DNA of 64,000 bases from an uncultured virus (IMG/VR IMGVR_UViG_3300009080_001637) (taxonomy: Duplodnaviria; Heunggongvirae; Uroviricota; Caudoviricetes): the IMG/VR virus record IMGVR_UViG_3300009080_001637. One strand, 5' to 3'. The notes under the pieces are model-generated. The model was not told where the DNA came from. It did not search any database and saw nothing but the letters and a program-made list of their open reading frames with translations. The translations under genes were made by a program, and so were the position numbers. Of this stretch, positions 1-7,892 are shown in pieces. How positions within the stretch are numbered: the stretch's first letter is position 1; each line of letters opens with the position of its first letter.

Positions 1-1
1 A

Positions 2-112
2 AGGTTTTACACACTTGCTGAAGCTGAAGCCTATACCAACGGGTTGAGACATTTGAACATATGGATTGACCGTACATTGTGGGGTGAGTATGTTGTATGG
101 GATATGGGCTAA
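2..112 (+). CDS. 3' end of a hypothetical protein truncated by the window edge
   Basis: Open frame RFYTLAEAEAYTNGLRHLNIWIDRTLWGEYVVWDMG ending in TAA at 110-112; translated by hand. Confidence 0.5.
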   Translation, partial: RFYTLAEAEAYTNGLRHLNIWIDRTLWGEYVVWDMG

Positions 113-202
113 CGGACAAACGTAAGTGACACTGATAAGGGTACGGTTTGGACCGGACCTATTAACGACAGAAAGTCAAGTTATTTCTTTTTTTTCTTTT
201 AC

Positions 203-231
203 TTGACTTTCTGTTTGTCTGCTGGTATTGT
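203..231 (+). promoter_or_regulatory. sigma70-type promoter for the ECF sigma gene
   Basis: TTGACT-17 bp-TATTGT with extended -10 TGn; the -35 lies in one arm of a 14-bp inverted repeat (168-181/201-214). Confidence 0.6.
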
Positions 232-274
232 TGGTTTTCGAGTGTAGCGTTAACTACTCAAGGGGGGATATCCT

Positions 275-838
275 ATGTTAGATTTCGAGCAAGAGATTGA
301 CGCGGCTTTCGGCAATGCTGAAGCCTTCGCAGGTATTAAAGAATGTTTTGACCATAACCATGGCAGATTGTATCAAGTCGCTTTTCAAATACTAAGCGAC
401 TCGGAGCTGTCACTTGATTGTGTTCAAGATTGTTTCCTGAAGGTGCTCGCCAACCCTCGTGCGTTTAGGGGGGATAGCAATCTTGCAACATTCCTCCATC
501 GGGCCGTAGTCAACCGCTCACTTGACATTCTGCGAAGTGGAAAGTTTAAGATGTCATCATCTCGGGGGTTGGATTCGTCTGACCCTCAAAATGAACGAGC
601 ATGGACGGCGCACGACGTTGTACCACGTGGGTACCCGTCCCCGCTCCAAACTCTTTTGACAAAAGAGAAGATACTCGGCACTAACCAAATGCTAAGAGGT
701 ATGCCAGCGGCGCAAAGCTCGGCGCTACTTGCATCTGTTCAAGGATGCACAACCCGTGAGATAGCGGAACGGGAAGGTGTGCCAATGGGAACAGTTCTGT
801 CGCGAGTGTCTGCGGCACGAACCGCATTGAGAAATTAA
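275..838 (+). CDS. ECF-family (sigma24-like) RNA polymerase sigma factor
   Basis: Region 2 motifs (LYQVAFQIL, DCVQDCFLK, FRGDSNLATFLHRAVVNRSLDILR) and region 4 HTH (TREIAEREGVPMGTVLSRVSAARTALR); RBS AGGGGG. Confidence 0.9.
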   Translation: MLDFEQEIDAAFGNAEAFAGIKECFDHNHGRLYQVAFQILSDSELSLDCVQDCFLKVLANPRAFRGDSNLATFLHRAVVNRSLDILRSGKFKMSSSRGLDSSDPQNERAWTAHDVVPRGYPSPLQTLLTKEKILGTNQMLRGMPAAQSSALLASVQGCTTREIAEREGVPMGTVLSRVSAARTALRN

Positions 839-845
839 AATCACC

Positions 846-892
846 AAAAAAAACGAGAAAAAAAACGTGAAAAAAACGAGAAAAAAAACGTG
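846..892. repeat. Phased A-tract repeat (A7-8 CGAG/CGTG) x4
   Basis: A8-CGAG-A8-CGTG-A7-CGAG-A8-CGTG, 11-12 bp period. Confidence 0.85.
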
Positions 893-913
893 ACTTTCTA
901 GTGACATTCTCGC

Positions 914-1246
914 ATCACCAACTTGGTGATTTAGCAAATGTCAAGTTGGTGATTTAGCAAATGTCAAGTTGGTGATTTAGCAAATGTCAAGTTGATGATT
1001 TAGCAAATGACAAATTGATGATTTAGCAAATGACAAATTGATGATTTAGCAAATGTCAAGTTGGTGATTTGTCAAGTGACAATCGATGATTTAGCAATGT
1101 GACTTTCCGATGATTTAGCAATGTGACTTTCCGGTGATTTAGCAATGTGACTTTCCGGTGATTTGTCAAATCATCAAATTGTCAAATCATCAAATCACTA
1201 AATTGTCATTTTAGAAATCACCGGAAAGTCACAGGAAATCACCGGA
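914..1246. repeat. Iteron-like 23/24-bp tandem array followed by inverted copies
   Basis: TTG(G/A)TGATTTAGCAAATG(T/A)CAA(G/A) at 923, 946, 969, 992, 1015, 1038 and partial at 1061; G(A/G)TGATTTAGCAATGTGACTTTCC at 1085, 1109, 1133 and partial at 1157; reverse-complement cores (AAATCATC/AAATCACCGGA) between 1168 and 1246. Confidence 0.9.
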
Positions 1247-1311
1247 GGCCCCCCCTCCGGGGGGCCGGAGACTATGTCTCCGGAGCGCTGCGCGCTCTGG
1301 CCCTTCGGGCC
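1242..1311. other. Chain of four abutting GC-rich hairpins
   Basis: GGCCCCCC-ctcc-GGGGGGCC, CCGGAGAC-tat-GTCTCCGG, GAGCGC-tgc-GCGCTC, GGCCC-ttc-GGGCC. Confidence 0.8.
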
Positions 1312-1561
1312 TAGTCGCAACACAATACGCCTAAGAAAATTCCCAAAATTCCAATTTTTTCAAATAACTTTCCATTATTCCCAATCCTAAAAAAACCGCC
1401 CAAAAAAAAATACCCAAATTTTAAACCCCCACTGCGCCGCCATTTTGTTTAACTTTCTCTAGGTGGAGCTAGAGCTGAACAATAATGAAAAAAGAACTAC
1501 ACATGTCAAATGCTCCATAGGATTCTAATTACTAGGACTGGAGAGGAGATACTATAATACC

Positions 1562-1645
1562 ATGATGAAGTCTGTAAACCCCCCAAAAGCCTTACTCGAA
1601 AGGCTCATTCGCGAAGAATTTGAACTTCTTCGAAAACAATGGTAA
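1562..1645 (+). CDS. 27-aa micropeptide consisting essentially of the shared N-terminal helix motif
   Basis: MMKSVNPPKALLERLIREEFELLRKQW*; GAGGAG upstream and CTAATTAC promoter variant at 1525; below the ORF-track size cutoff. Confidence 0.55.
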   Translation: MMKSVNPPKALLERLIREEFELLRKQW

Positions 1646-1699
1646 TTTCTCCAAAAAAAAGTCTCACACCACTTGAATAGAGCTATTTATTATACCCTA
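1643..1699 (+). promoter_or_regulatory. Late-type promoter cassette, copy 1 (CTATTTAT at 1683)
   Basis: Aligns with 2442-2497 with 8 transitions and 1 gap. Confidence 0.7.
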
Positions 1700-1716
1700 A
1701 TCAAAGGAAAGATAAA

Positions 1717-2409
1717 ATGAAAATAAACAAACAAAATCTTCAAAAGTTAATCGAAAGAGAGCTTGGTATGGCGCTTCGGGAAAACGATCCCGATGTCGAT
1801 CCCGATAAAAAATCTTCTTGGGCTGGCGCACCTGAAAGAATGTTTCGCAGCAAGGAGCCTTATACGTCTTTTGGCACCATAAAACAACTCGATAAACGGG
1901 GGCGAGACACAATCAAGCCAAACGGACTTTGGTATTCGTGCGGTGCTGCATGGGATGACTATTGCAGAATAGAGGGCCGCGAGATGATTCATAACTCGCC
2001 ACACGTCTATGAAATTAAACTTAACACCAGTAAAATAATACAGATTGGCAACTGGAAAGAATTTAATCGTTTTTGGGTACAGTACGGAAACACCAAACAT
2101 CTCGGTGTTGGTGAAGGACTCTCCGCATCAGAGGAACATCTACACCACCTGCAAAGCCTTCAGAAAGTTGCAGCGATGAACACTTCGAGCTTCTGGGATT
2201 TGGACGCGGATATGTACCAACCATTGATCGATTGGGAATACGTCGCAGAGAGATATCACGGAATTGAAATTTGCCCTCATCAAGCGGAGGTTGTCGTAGA
2301 CATGGCACCTTGGTACAAAAACTGGTCGGTGGCCAGCGGGTGCATTTGGAACGGAGACGCCATTGTCTCTGTTGAGAAAATTGAAGATAGGTGCCAGATA
2401 GATTTCTAA
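1717..2409 (+). CDS. Hypothetical protein with N-terminal tag helix; possible ADP-ribosyltransferase-like fold
   Basis: MKINKQNLQKLIEREL; KPNGLWYS / VYEIKL..KIIQI / YHGIEI pattern reminiscent of phage ART-fold domains (tentative). Confidence 0.6.
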   Translation: MKINKQNLQKLIERELGMALRENDPDVDPDKKSSWAGAPERMFRSKEPYTSFGTIKQLDKRGRDTIKPNGLWYSCGAAWDDYCRIEGREMIHNSPHVYEIKLNTSKIIQIGNWKEFNRFWVQYGNTKHLGVGEGLSASEEHLHHLQSLQKVAAMNTSSFWDLDADMYQPLIDWEYVAERYHGIEICPHQAEVVVDMAPWYKNWSVASGCIWNGDAIVSVEKIEDRCQIDF

Positions 2410-2441
2410 ACACAAGCTCTTCAAGCAAACCGCTGTTAGTA

Positions 2442-2497
2442 TAATTTCTCCAAAAAAAGTCCCATATCGTTCGAATAGAACTATTTATTATGCCCTA
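2442..2497 (+). promoter_or_regulatory. Late-type promoter cassette, copy 2 (CTATTTAT at 2481)
   Basis: Diverged direct repeat of 1643-1699. Confidence 0.7.
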
Positions 2498-2533
2498 CGC
2501 GGGTAGCAATCAAGTTAAATAGGGAAGCACTGC

Positions 2534-4690
2534 ATGAATATTGACTATCTTAGAAAATTGGTTCTTGAAATCTTAACCGAAGACCAAAAAAGCTTAAAAT
2601 TTTCAAAACAACGATTGGAAGGACTAATCCTTGAGGTTTTGGCTGAAAATAAGCGAGGTCGTGCGATGACTAGCGATTTCATGGATAAATATCCCGAATA
2701 TTCTGACCAGATTCAGACGCTCGCCGATGCCGATCCATCAAAAGGGCCCCAGAAATACCTCCCTTGGTCTGTTTTTCAACTGACAAACGCGGATGAGAGT
2801 CCAAAAAAAATTATCGACGCCATCCAGAAATTTCACGACCTTCAGGCCCGTGGACGAATCGAGGGCGATCTAAATAACCTATCTAAGGAAAATTACCCCA
2901 CTCTTTCATACCTCGTGGGGTTTGTTGATGAAATTCTGAGTGTGAAAACCACTGCTCAGAGACGAAAAGAAATAAGACTCCAAGCAATAAAAGAGACTGA
3001 AATTTTAAAATTGCCGGAAAATCTTGCTGATCGTTATATTCTTGTGTCTCCGAAGACTCATAAATCCTCTTGCTATTGGGGGCGAGGGACCAAATGGTGT
3101 ACCGCCGGTAAGGATGACATGGAATTTGTCAGCCACACTATTGATGACAACGGTGTCCTTTATTATATTATCGATAAAACCCTAAAAAGCGGGAAAGGAG
3201 GTGATCCGGACTCAAAAATTGCCTTTTTTATACCAATCGAGGATGAGTATGAAAAACTTGATCAGGATGTAATCTTTTCGGGCTTAAAAGAAAAAATGCC
3301 AGATATGGAAATATTCGATGCTCTTGACAAGGCTAAAAATCTCTCCCAAATACCGGAAGATCATGAAGAAATTTTTCTGGAGGCGATTTGGCCGTGGCAT
3401 ATTAAGTTAAAAGAAAGTATTGTCTTGAGTTATCAAAAGGAAAAAACAAAAGAAACCTTTGAGAAGCTAGGAATAGAAGTTGTGAACTCACCGGAGCTGG
3501 GGTCTCGATGGAAGGGTAAGGTGGAGGCAGCATTCTTTTTTGACCTAAAAAAGAATTTCAGTCCAGATGAAATAAACGAGATGCGGTTTGACGAGATTAA
3601 CGCGGGCGGTCTAGATCTAGAGGGTGCCGATTATAGTTCTATTGATCTTCGGGGGATTGATTTTAGGCAATCGACGCTTTCGGGGGCTAACCTGTTCAAA
3701 ACAAAATTAGATAGGGCGAAGTTGCAGAAGACTAAACTAAATGGGGCCAATCTCGCTGGGGCCTCAATTACCAACGCGCAACTCCTCGGAACAAAATTAG
3801 CGGATGCAGTTTTAAATTTTGCAAATTTGAAGTCCTCGTTCGTCTCTAGATCCAATTTTAAGGGCGCACAGATGGAGGGGGCTGATCTTAACTACGTAGT
3901 TTTTGAGAAATGTGATATCCGCGATGCTGACCTCAGCACTGCGGATATGAGTTGGGCATCGATAAACGAAACTGTCGCCGATGGGGCGATTTTTCGGGAG
4001 GCAGACTTTGAAAAAGCAAGCATCCTAAAAAGTTCTCTCAAAGGTGCAGATTTTTCTGGCGTTAAAGTGCAGGAAACTGTCCTGCGTAAATCTGATTTTT
4101 CTGGGGGTGATTTTTCTGGGGCTTCTCTTGAGCGTGTGAACGTCGTCGACTCTCACTTCAGAGAAGCTAAGCTGACGGAGGTAAAGGTGGCAGAAGGAAA
4201 ATGGAACAGGGTTGCTCTTACTCGCGCTGACCTCGATGGCGCTGATATAATAAACGTTACATGGGCCACAATTGTCGGAGAGGGAATGAGACTGCGCGGC
4301 GGGCGATTAGAAAATTCACTTATAGAAAAATCAATGTTAAAGGGTGCAGATTTTTCTGGTTCTAGTTTTCAGAAATCTGCCTTCGTCGATTGTTATCTTG
4401 GCGGTGCAAATTTCTCGGGAGCTAAACTAAAAGGTGTTGACTTCTCGGGTTCGGACCTAACTGGGGCTAATATCAAAGACGCCGATTTCGATACAACAAC
4501 CGTCTGGCCGCAAAGTTTCGAAGACGACGTTTATGAAGAGAATGTCCGCACCGGTAAAGCGGCGAGAGACGACGGAAATGATGACTTTGGATACAACGAC
4601 GAAGAAGATGACTTTGGATACAACGACGAAGAAGACTATTATGATGAAGAGAATGAAGATTCACTATTTGATGACCCTTACGATTATTAA
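2534..4690 (+). CDS. Pentapeptide-repeat protein with N-terminal tag helices, PcfJ-like domain and acidic tail
   Basis: ~300 aa of A(D/N)(L/F)xx repeats; LVSPKTHKSSCYWGRGTKWCTA..YYIIDK; DDFGYNDEE x2 (27-bp repeat 4580-4633). Confidence 0.85.
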   Translation: MNIDYLRKLVLEILTEDQKSLKFSKQRLEGLILEVLAENKRGRAMTSDFMDKYPEYSDQIQTLADADPSKGPQKYLPWSVFQLTNADESPKKIIDAIQKFHDLQARGRIEGDLNNLSKENYPTLSYLVGFVDEILSVKTTAQRRKEIRLQAIKETEILKLPENLADRYILVSPKTHKSSCYWGRGTKWCTAGKDDMEFVSHTIDDNGVLYYIIDKTLKSGKGGDPDSKIAFFIPIEDEYEKLDQDVIFSGLKEKMPDMEIFDALDKAKNLSQIPEDHEEIFLEAIWPWHIKLKESIVLSYQKEKTKETFEKLGIEVVNSPELGSRWKGKVEAAFFFDLKKNFSPDEINEMRFDEINAGGLDLEGADYSSIDLRGIDFRQSTLSGANLFKTKLDRAKLQKTKLNGANLAGASITNAQLLGTKLADAVLNFANLKSSFVSRSNFKGAQMEGADLNYVVFEKCDIRDADLSTADMSWASINETVADGAIFREADFEKASILKSSLKGADFSGVKVQETVLRKSDFSGGDFSGASLERVNVVDSHFREAKLTEVKVAEGKWNRVALTRADLDGADIINVTWATIVGEGMRLRGGRLENSLIEKSMLKGADFSGSSFQKSAFVDCYLGGANFSGAKLKGVDFSGSDLTGANIKDADFDTTTVWPQSFEDDVYEENVRTGKAARDDGNDDFGYNDEEDDFGYNDEEDYYDEENEDSLFDDPYDY

Positions 4691-4745
4691 CTCAGAAATG
4701 TAGTCGATGGCTATTCACAGACGATAGACAGAGAGGAAACTTAGT

Positions 4746-5420
4746 TTGAAAATATCTAAAAAAATTCTTAAAGAGATAATTCTTCAAGAATTTAACAAAA
4801 TTATCAGAGAATCAGAACATAGCCTTGAAGATTTTGATGAATTGCCAGAATCTGAAGCAGTTGAAAAAATCCGCTCTATGGATCCCGATAAAGTCACTGC
4901 CTCTACAATAAGAATTTTCATGACACATAAAAGCAAGACTGTTCAGGATTATGTTAAGCAGAAATTTAAAACATTAAAAATTGAGGATCCTCCCGAGCTA
5001 CTCGGAATTAAGATTTTTCTTGCGTTTCCAAAGGAAGGCGAAGACGCCCCTCTATGGGACCTAGCTAAAGAATTAGAACTAGATATTAAAGAGTTGCCCT
5101 CCGAACAGGAGATAGAAAGTTTTCAAAAAGAGCTAAATAGTCAAGAAGAGGAATACCATGATGACTTACCGACCGCCTTCTGCGGTGGCTGTACAGGAGA
5201 TCCCTTGATGATCAAACGTATCGAAAATGGGCATATCAAATTTCCTTATTATCTTTCGCCAAGCTCAGGTTCCTATATTGATGTTTTGGTCGAGACATAC
5301 AAAAAATTATTAGATTTGTATAAATATCCATATGAACCGATAGATAAAGTAGAAGCAGTCCGGAAAGGAATAGAAAAGATTCTCGGCGGAGGTCGTGGGG
5401 AGAGGACCAGTATGGAATAA
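4746..5420 (+). CDS. Hypothetical protein with N-terminal tag helix
   Basis: TTG start with GAGG RBS; MKISKKILKEIILQEFNKIIRE; contains a CGGC motif. Confidence 0.75.
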   Translation: MKISKKILKEIILQEFNKIIRESEHSLEDFDELPESEAVEKIRSMDPDKVTASTIRIFMTHKSKTVQDYVKQKFKTLKIEDPPELLGIKIFLAFPKEGEDAPLWDLAKELELDIKELPSEQEIESFQKELNSQEEEYHDDLPTAFCGGCTGDPLMIKRIENGHIKFPYYLSPSSGSYIDVLVETYKKLLDLYKYPYEPIDKVEAVRKGIEKILGGGRGERTSME

Positions 5421-5423
5421 GAC

Positions 5424-5452
5424 TTGACAAGTTTCATAAATATCGTTATAGT
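5424..5452 (+). promoter_or_regulatory. sigma70-type promoter
   Basis: TTGACA-17 bp-TATAGT; AAGGAG RBS before ATG 5479. Confidence 0.8.
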
Positions 5453-5478
5453 TGTTTTGAAACAATTAAGGAGTTACA

Positions 5479-5898
5479 ATGACCTATACATCAAAGTCAA
5501 ACCAGAGTGGCGATATATCAGAGTTAAAGGTAAAAACAGATTTGATCCTAAAAGGGTGGCAGGTTTTGGTGCCGCACTCTAGAGACTCACCCTATGATCT
5601 GGTCGTAGATCGGGGTGATGGAATCTTTGAAACAGTTCAAGTCAAAACCATGCAGGGCAACTCAATATCAAAAATAATTGACAGAAGTGGATCGCGGGTA
5701 GCAATTAATGGAAAAATAAGAAATTCAATTGATTATGCTAAACTTGGAGTCGATTGGCTTGTTGGGCACCGCCCAACAACCGGTGATTTGTATTTTTATA
5801 AACTGGAGAACTACTCGGAGATTCCAACAAAATCATTTTCAGTAAAAAAATGGGCTCCCGATGAGTTTCCTCACTGGGAGCCTGAAATCCATCATTGA
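5479..5898 (+). CDS. Free-standing PD-(D/E)XK homing-type endonuclease (group I intron-associated PD-(D/E)XK family)
   Basis: GDISELKV..LI.KGWQVLVP....PYDLVVD....ETVQVKT motif set. Confidence 0.8.
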   Translation: MTYTSKSNQSGDISELKVKTDLILKGWQVLVPHSRDSPYDLVVDRGDGIFETVQVKTMQGNSISKIIDRSGSRVAINGKIRNSIDYAKLGVDWLVGHRPTTGDLYFYKLENYSEIPTKSFSVKKWAPDEFPHWEPEIHH

Positions 5899-5942
5899 TT
5901 TAAAAACATTTTTTCTCTGTATTGCAAAAAATGTTTTTAAAT
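5898..5942. terminator. Perfect 17-bp AT-rich inverted repeat after the endonuclease gene
   Basis: ATTTAAAAACATTTTTT-11 nt-AAAAAATGTTTTTAAAT. Confidence 0.5.
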
Positions 5943-6006
5943 GGCTTGACAGTCTCGATTTCCATATATGTGAAACAAAATTCATTATTCGATAACGGAG
6001 GAAGAT

Positions 6007-6636
6007 ATGAAAATAACCAGAGCAACTATTGAAAGATTAATAAAAGAAGAGCTTAGGGTAATTCTTCCTGAGATAAAAACCAGTGTTCAATCCAATAATA
6101 CTAAAAAATATTATGTCGCGGGTCCAAAAATCAATCTTCAACAAATAATTAATAAATGGCAGAATGACGGACAGAAACTCTATGATAATGTAGGTCCGAT
6201 TCAAATACCCGTACAAGACCTTATACCTCATAGAGAATTTTTATGGACTAGGGAAAAATCGCGGGGGGGTATCGCCCGTGTTGGCAATAAAAATATTGAG
6301 CTTCGTGGGCCTGAAAAATGGGACGCCATGACCATTGACCTCAAAATCAATGGATGGGATGAGAAAGAGCCGCTTTATTTTGATATCGGTCGAAGAGGTG
6401 GCCAAAAGGTTGCGGAAGGTAATCATCGCCTTACAATTGCCAGAAAGATTGGCATTGAGACAGTCCCTGTAAAATTTTCATTCAAGTCGGAGGAAGTAAA
6501 GAAAGATAGGATGGAAAGCCCGGTGATGCTTAAGCCAAAATCTGTTAAATCTGCGATATCAAAAACTAAACACAAACTTATTACTCCCGAAGAAGAAAAG
6601 AGAGTTTCGGATCTGATGGACCTTCTTAACTTTTGA
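6007..6636 (+). CDS. ParB/Sulfiredoxin-like domain protein with N-terminal tag helix
   Basis: MKITRATIERLIKEEL; NGWDEKEPL..VAEGNHRLTIARKIGIETVPV. Confidence 0.8.
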   Translation: MKITRATIERLIKEELRVILPEIKTSVQSNNTKKYYVAGPKINLQQIINKWQNDGQKLYDNVGPIQIPVQDLIPHREFLWTREKSRGGIARVGNKNIELRGPEKWDAMTIDLKINGWDEKEPLYFDIGRRGGQKVAEGNHRLTIARKIGIETVPVKFSFKSEEVKKDRMESPVMLKPKSVKSAISKTKHKLITPEEEKRVSDLMDLLNF

Positions 6637-6780
6637 TAGGATACAAGGCTAAACATCGAAAAAAAATGTTCGATGTTGCAAACGGATGACCCAACGTTTG
6701 CCCCTATCTCTTTCCGTTCGTTCTTGGGCCACAAATCGGGGTGTATCCCCAACTTTTTTTTATTTTAAAGGAGCTGTGCA

Positions 6781-7530
6781 ATGAAAATTAACAAACCTTA
6801 TCTTGAACAACTTATCCTCGAACAAGTTGAACTTATGGAAAATATTGGCGGTTCAAATTTTTCTGTGCCATTGGCAAAAGCTGGTGAATTGCTTGTTGGA
6901 ATTATGAATTGGTATTACCTTCTCTTCAAAGATCGACGAGCAAATCCAATTACTGTCAGTATGAATGACTTTGATTCTATTTTAAACCCGTATCTTAACA
7001 AATGGATTTCACTTTCTCTTGACGGGGATCAATTTTGTGGCCAACTTGATAGTTTTGATGTGGCAGCAAGCGCCTTTCCAAGACTTTTATTGCACTTTAA
7101 AAATTTTGCTTACGCTGCCGGTGGCAATGAAGAAGATTATATTAATAGCGTAACGTTAAGTATGTCCCCACGTGGAACAGATCCTAAAAATGGTTACATA
7201 GCTATCTTGCCTGTGGCTGTATTGTCACCCTCCTCTAGTATTATTATTGGAAAAGATGGTAGTTCAGATACAGATTTAACAGCCTCAGATCAAGCTAATT
7301 TTAAATTTATGGAAGAACTTGGAACAAATCCATCTATAAATGCAGGCATACGATTTTTGCGTGATCTTGTTGCTGGAGATGGTGGTTCTGAAGTCACGAC
7401 TCTTCATCCTACCCAAGTTTTGGGAATTAAAAGTGTTTTTCCAAAAGAGAAATCTGATATCATCTTAAGGACTTTGGAAGAATATATCGAGCGAGGTGAT
7501 CTGAGTGTCGAATTACCTGAGTATGATTAA
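6781..7530 (+). CDS. Hypothetical protein with N-terminal tag helix
   Basis: MKINKPYLEQLILEQVELME; AAGGAG RBS. Confidence 0.75.
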   Translation: MKINKPYLEQLILEQVELMENIGGSNFSVPLAKAGELLVGIMNWYYLLFKDRRANPITVSMNDFDSILNPYLNKWISLSLDGDQFCGQLDSFDVAASAFPRLLLHFKNFAYAAGGNEEDYINSVTLSMSPRGTDPKNGYIAILPVAVLSPSSSIIIGKDGSSDTDLTASDQANFKFMEELGTNPSINAGIRFLRDLVAGDGGSEVTTLHPTQVLGIKSVFPKEKSDIILRTLEEYIERGDLSVELPEYD

Positions 7531-7542
7531 GGAGAGATAATA

Positions 7543-7575
7543 ATGAAAATTAACAAACTAATAAAGACGATTTGA
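7543..7575 (+). pseudogene. 10-codon remnant of a tag-bearing gene
   Basis: AGGAGA RBS then MKINKLIKTI*; first 16 nt identical to the start of the gene at 6781. Confidence 0.5.
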
Positions 7576-7627
7576 TCTTATTGCCACCTATTTATAGAAA
7601 GAAAAGAGACCAAAGGGGATTTTATTC

Positions 7628-7864
7628 GTGGCAAATGAACTAGTGCTTGAAAATGGGGTATGGAAGTTTCGTGCAAAAATCGAATCTGAGGCTGCGGGTG
7701 CGGTTGGACTGTTGACAGTTGAGATGGGATTAGAAAATGCACTTGATCAATATTCAGTATCACTAGACCAAACTTTTTCTCTACCGTTAATAGAATCAAC
7801 CATTACTGCAGCTGGTATTTTCTATCTCACTAGTAGCACGATGGTCACCGGGTCTATAAGTTAA
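7628..7864 (+). CDS. Hypothetical protein
   Basis: GTG start, AGGGG RBS, CTATTTAT at 7588. Confidence 0.6.
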   Translation: MANELVLENGVWKFRAKIESEAAGAVGLLTVEMGLENALDQYSVSLDQTFSLPLIESTITAAGIFYLTSSTMVTGSIS

Positions 7865-7892
7865 AATATTTTAAAAGGAGTTCAACCTAAAG

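Noticed and set aside
725..937. Minus-strand hydrophobic 70-aa ORF
   Set aside because: The Phe run is just the reverse complement of the A-tract repeat, and the ORF overlaps the sigma gene.
923..1164. CRISPR array
   Set aside because: Repeats are head-to-tail with no unique spacers, and no cas operon is nearby.
5421..5942. Group I intron hosting the endonuclease
   Set aside because: Flanking genes are complete, the gene has its own promoter, and there is no room for an intron core.
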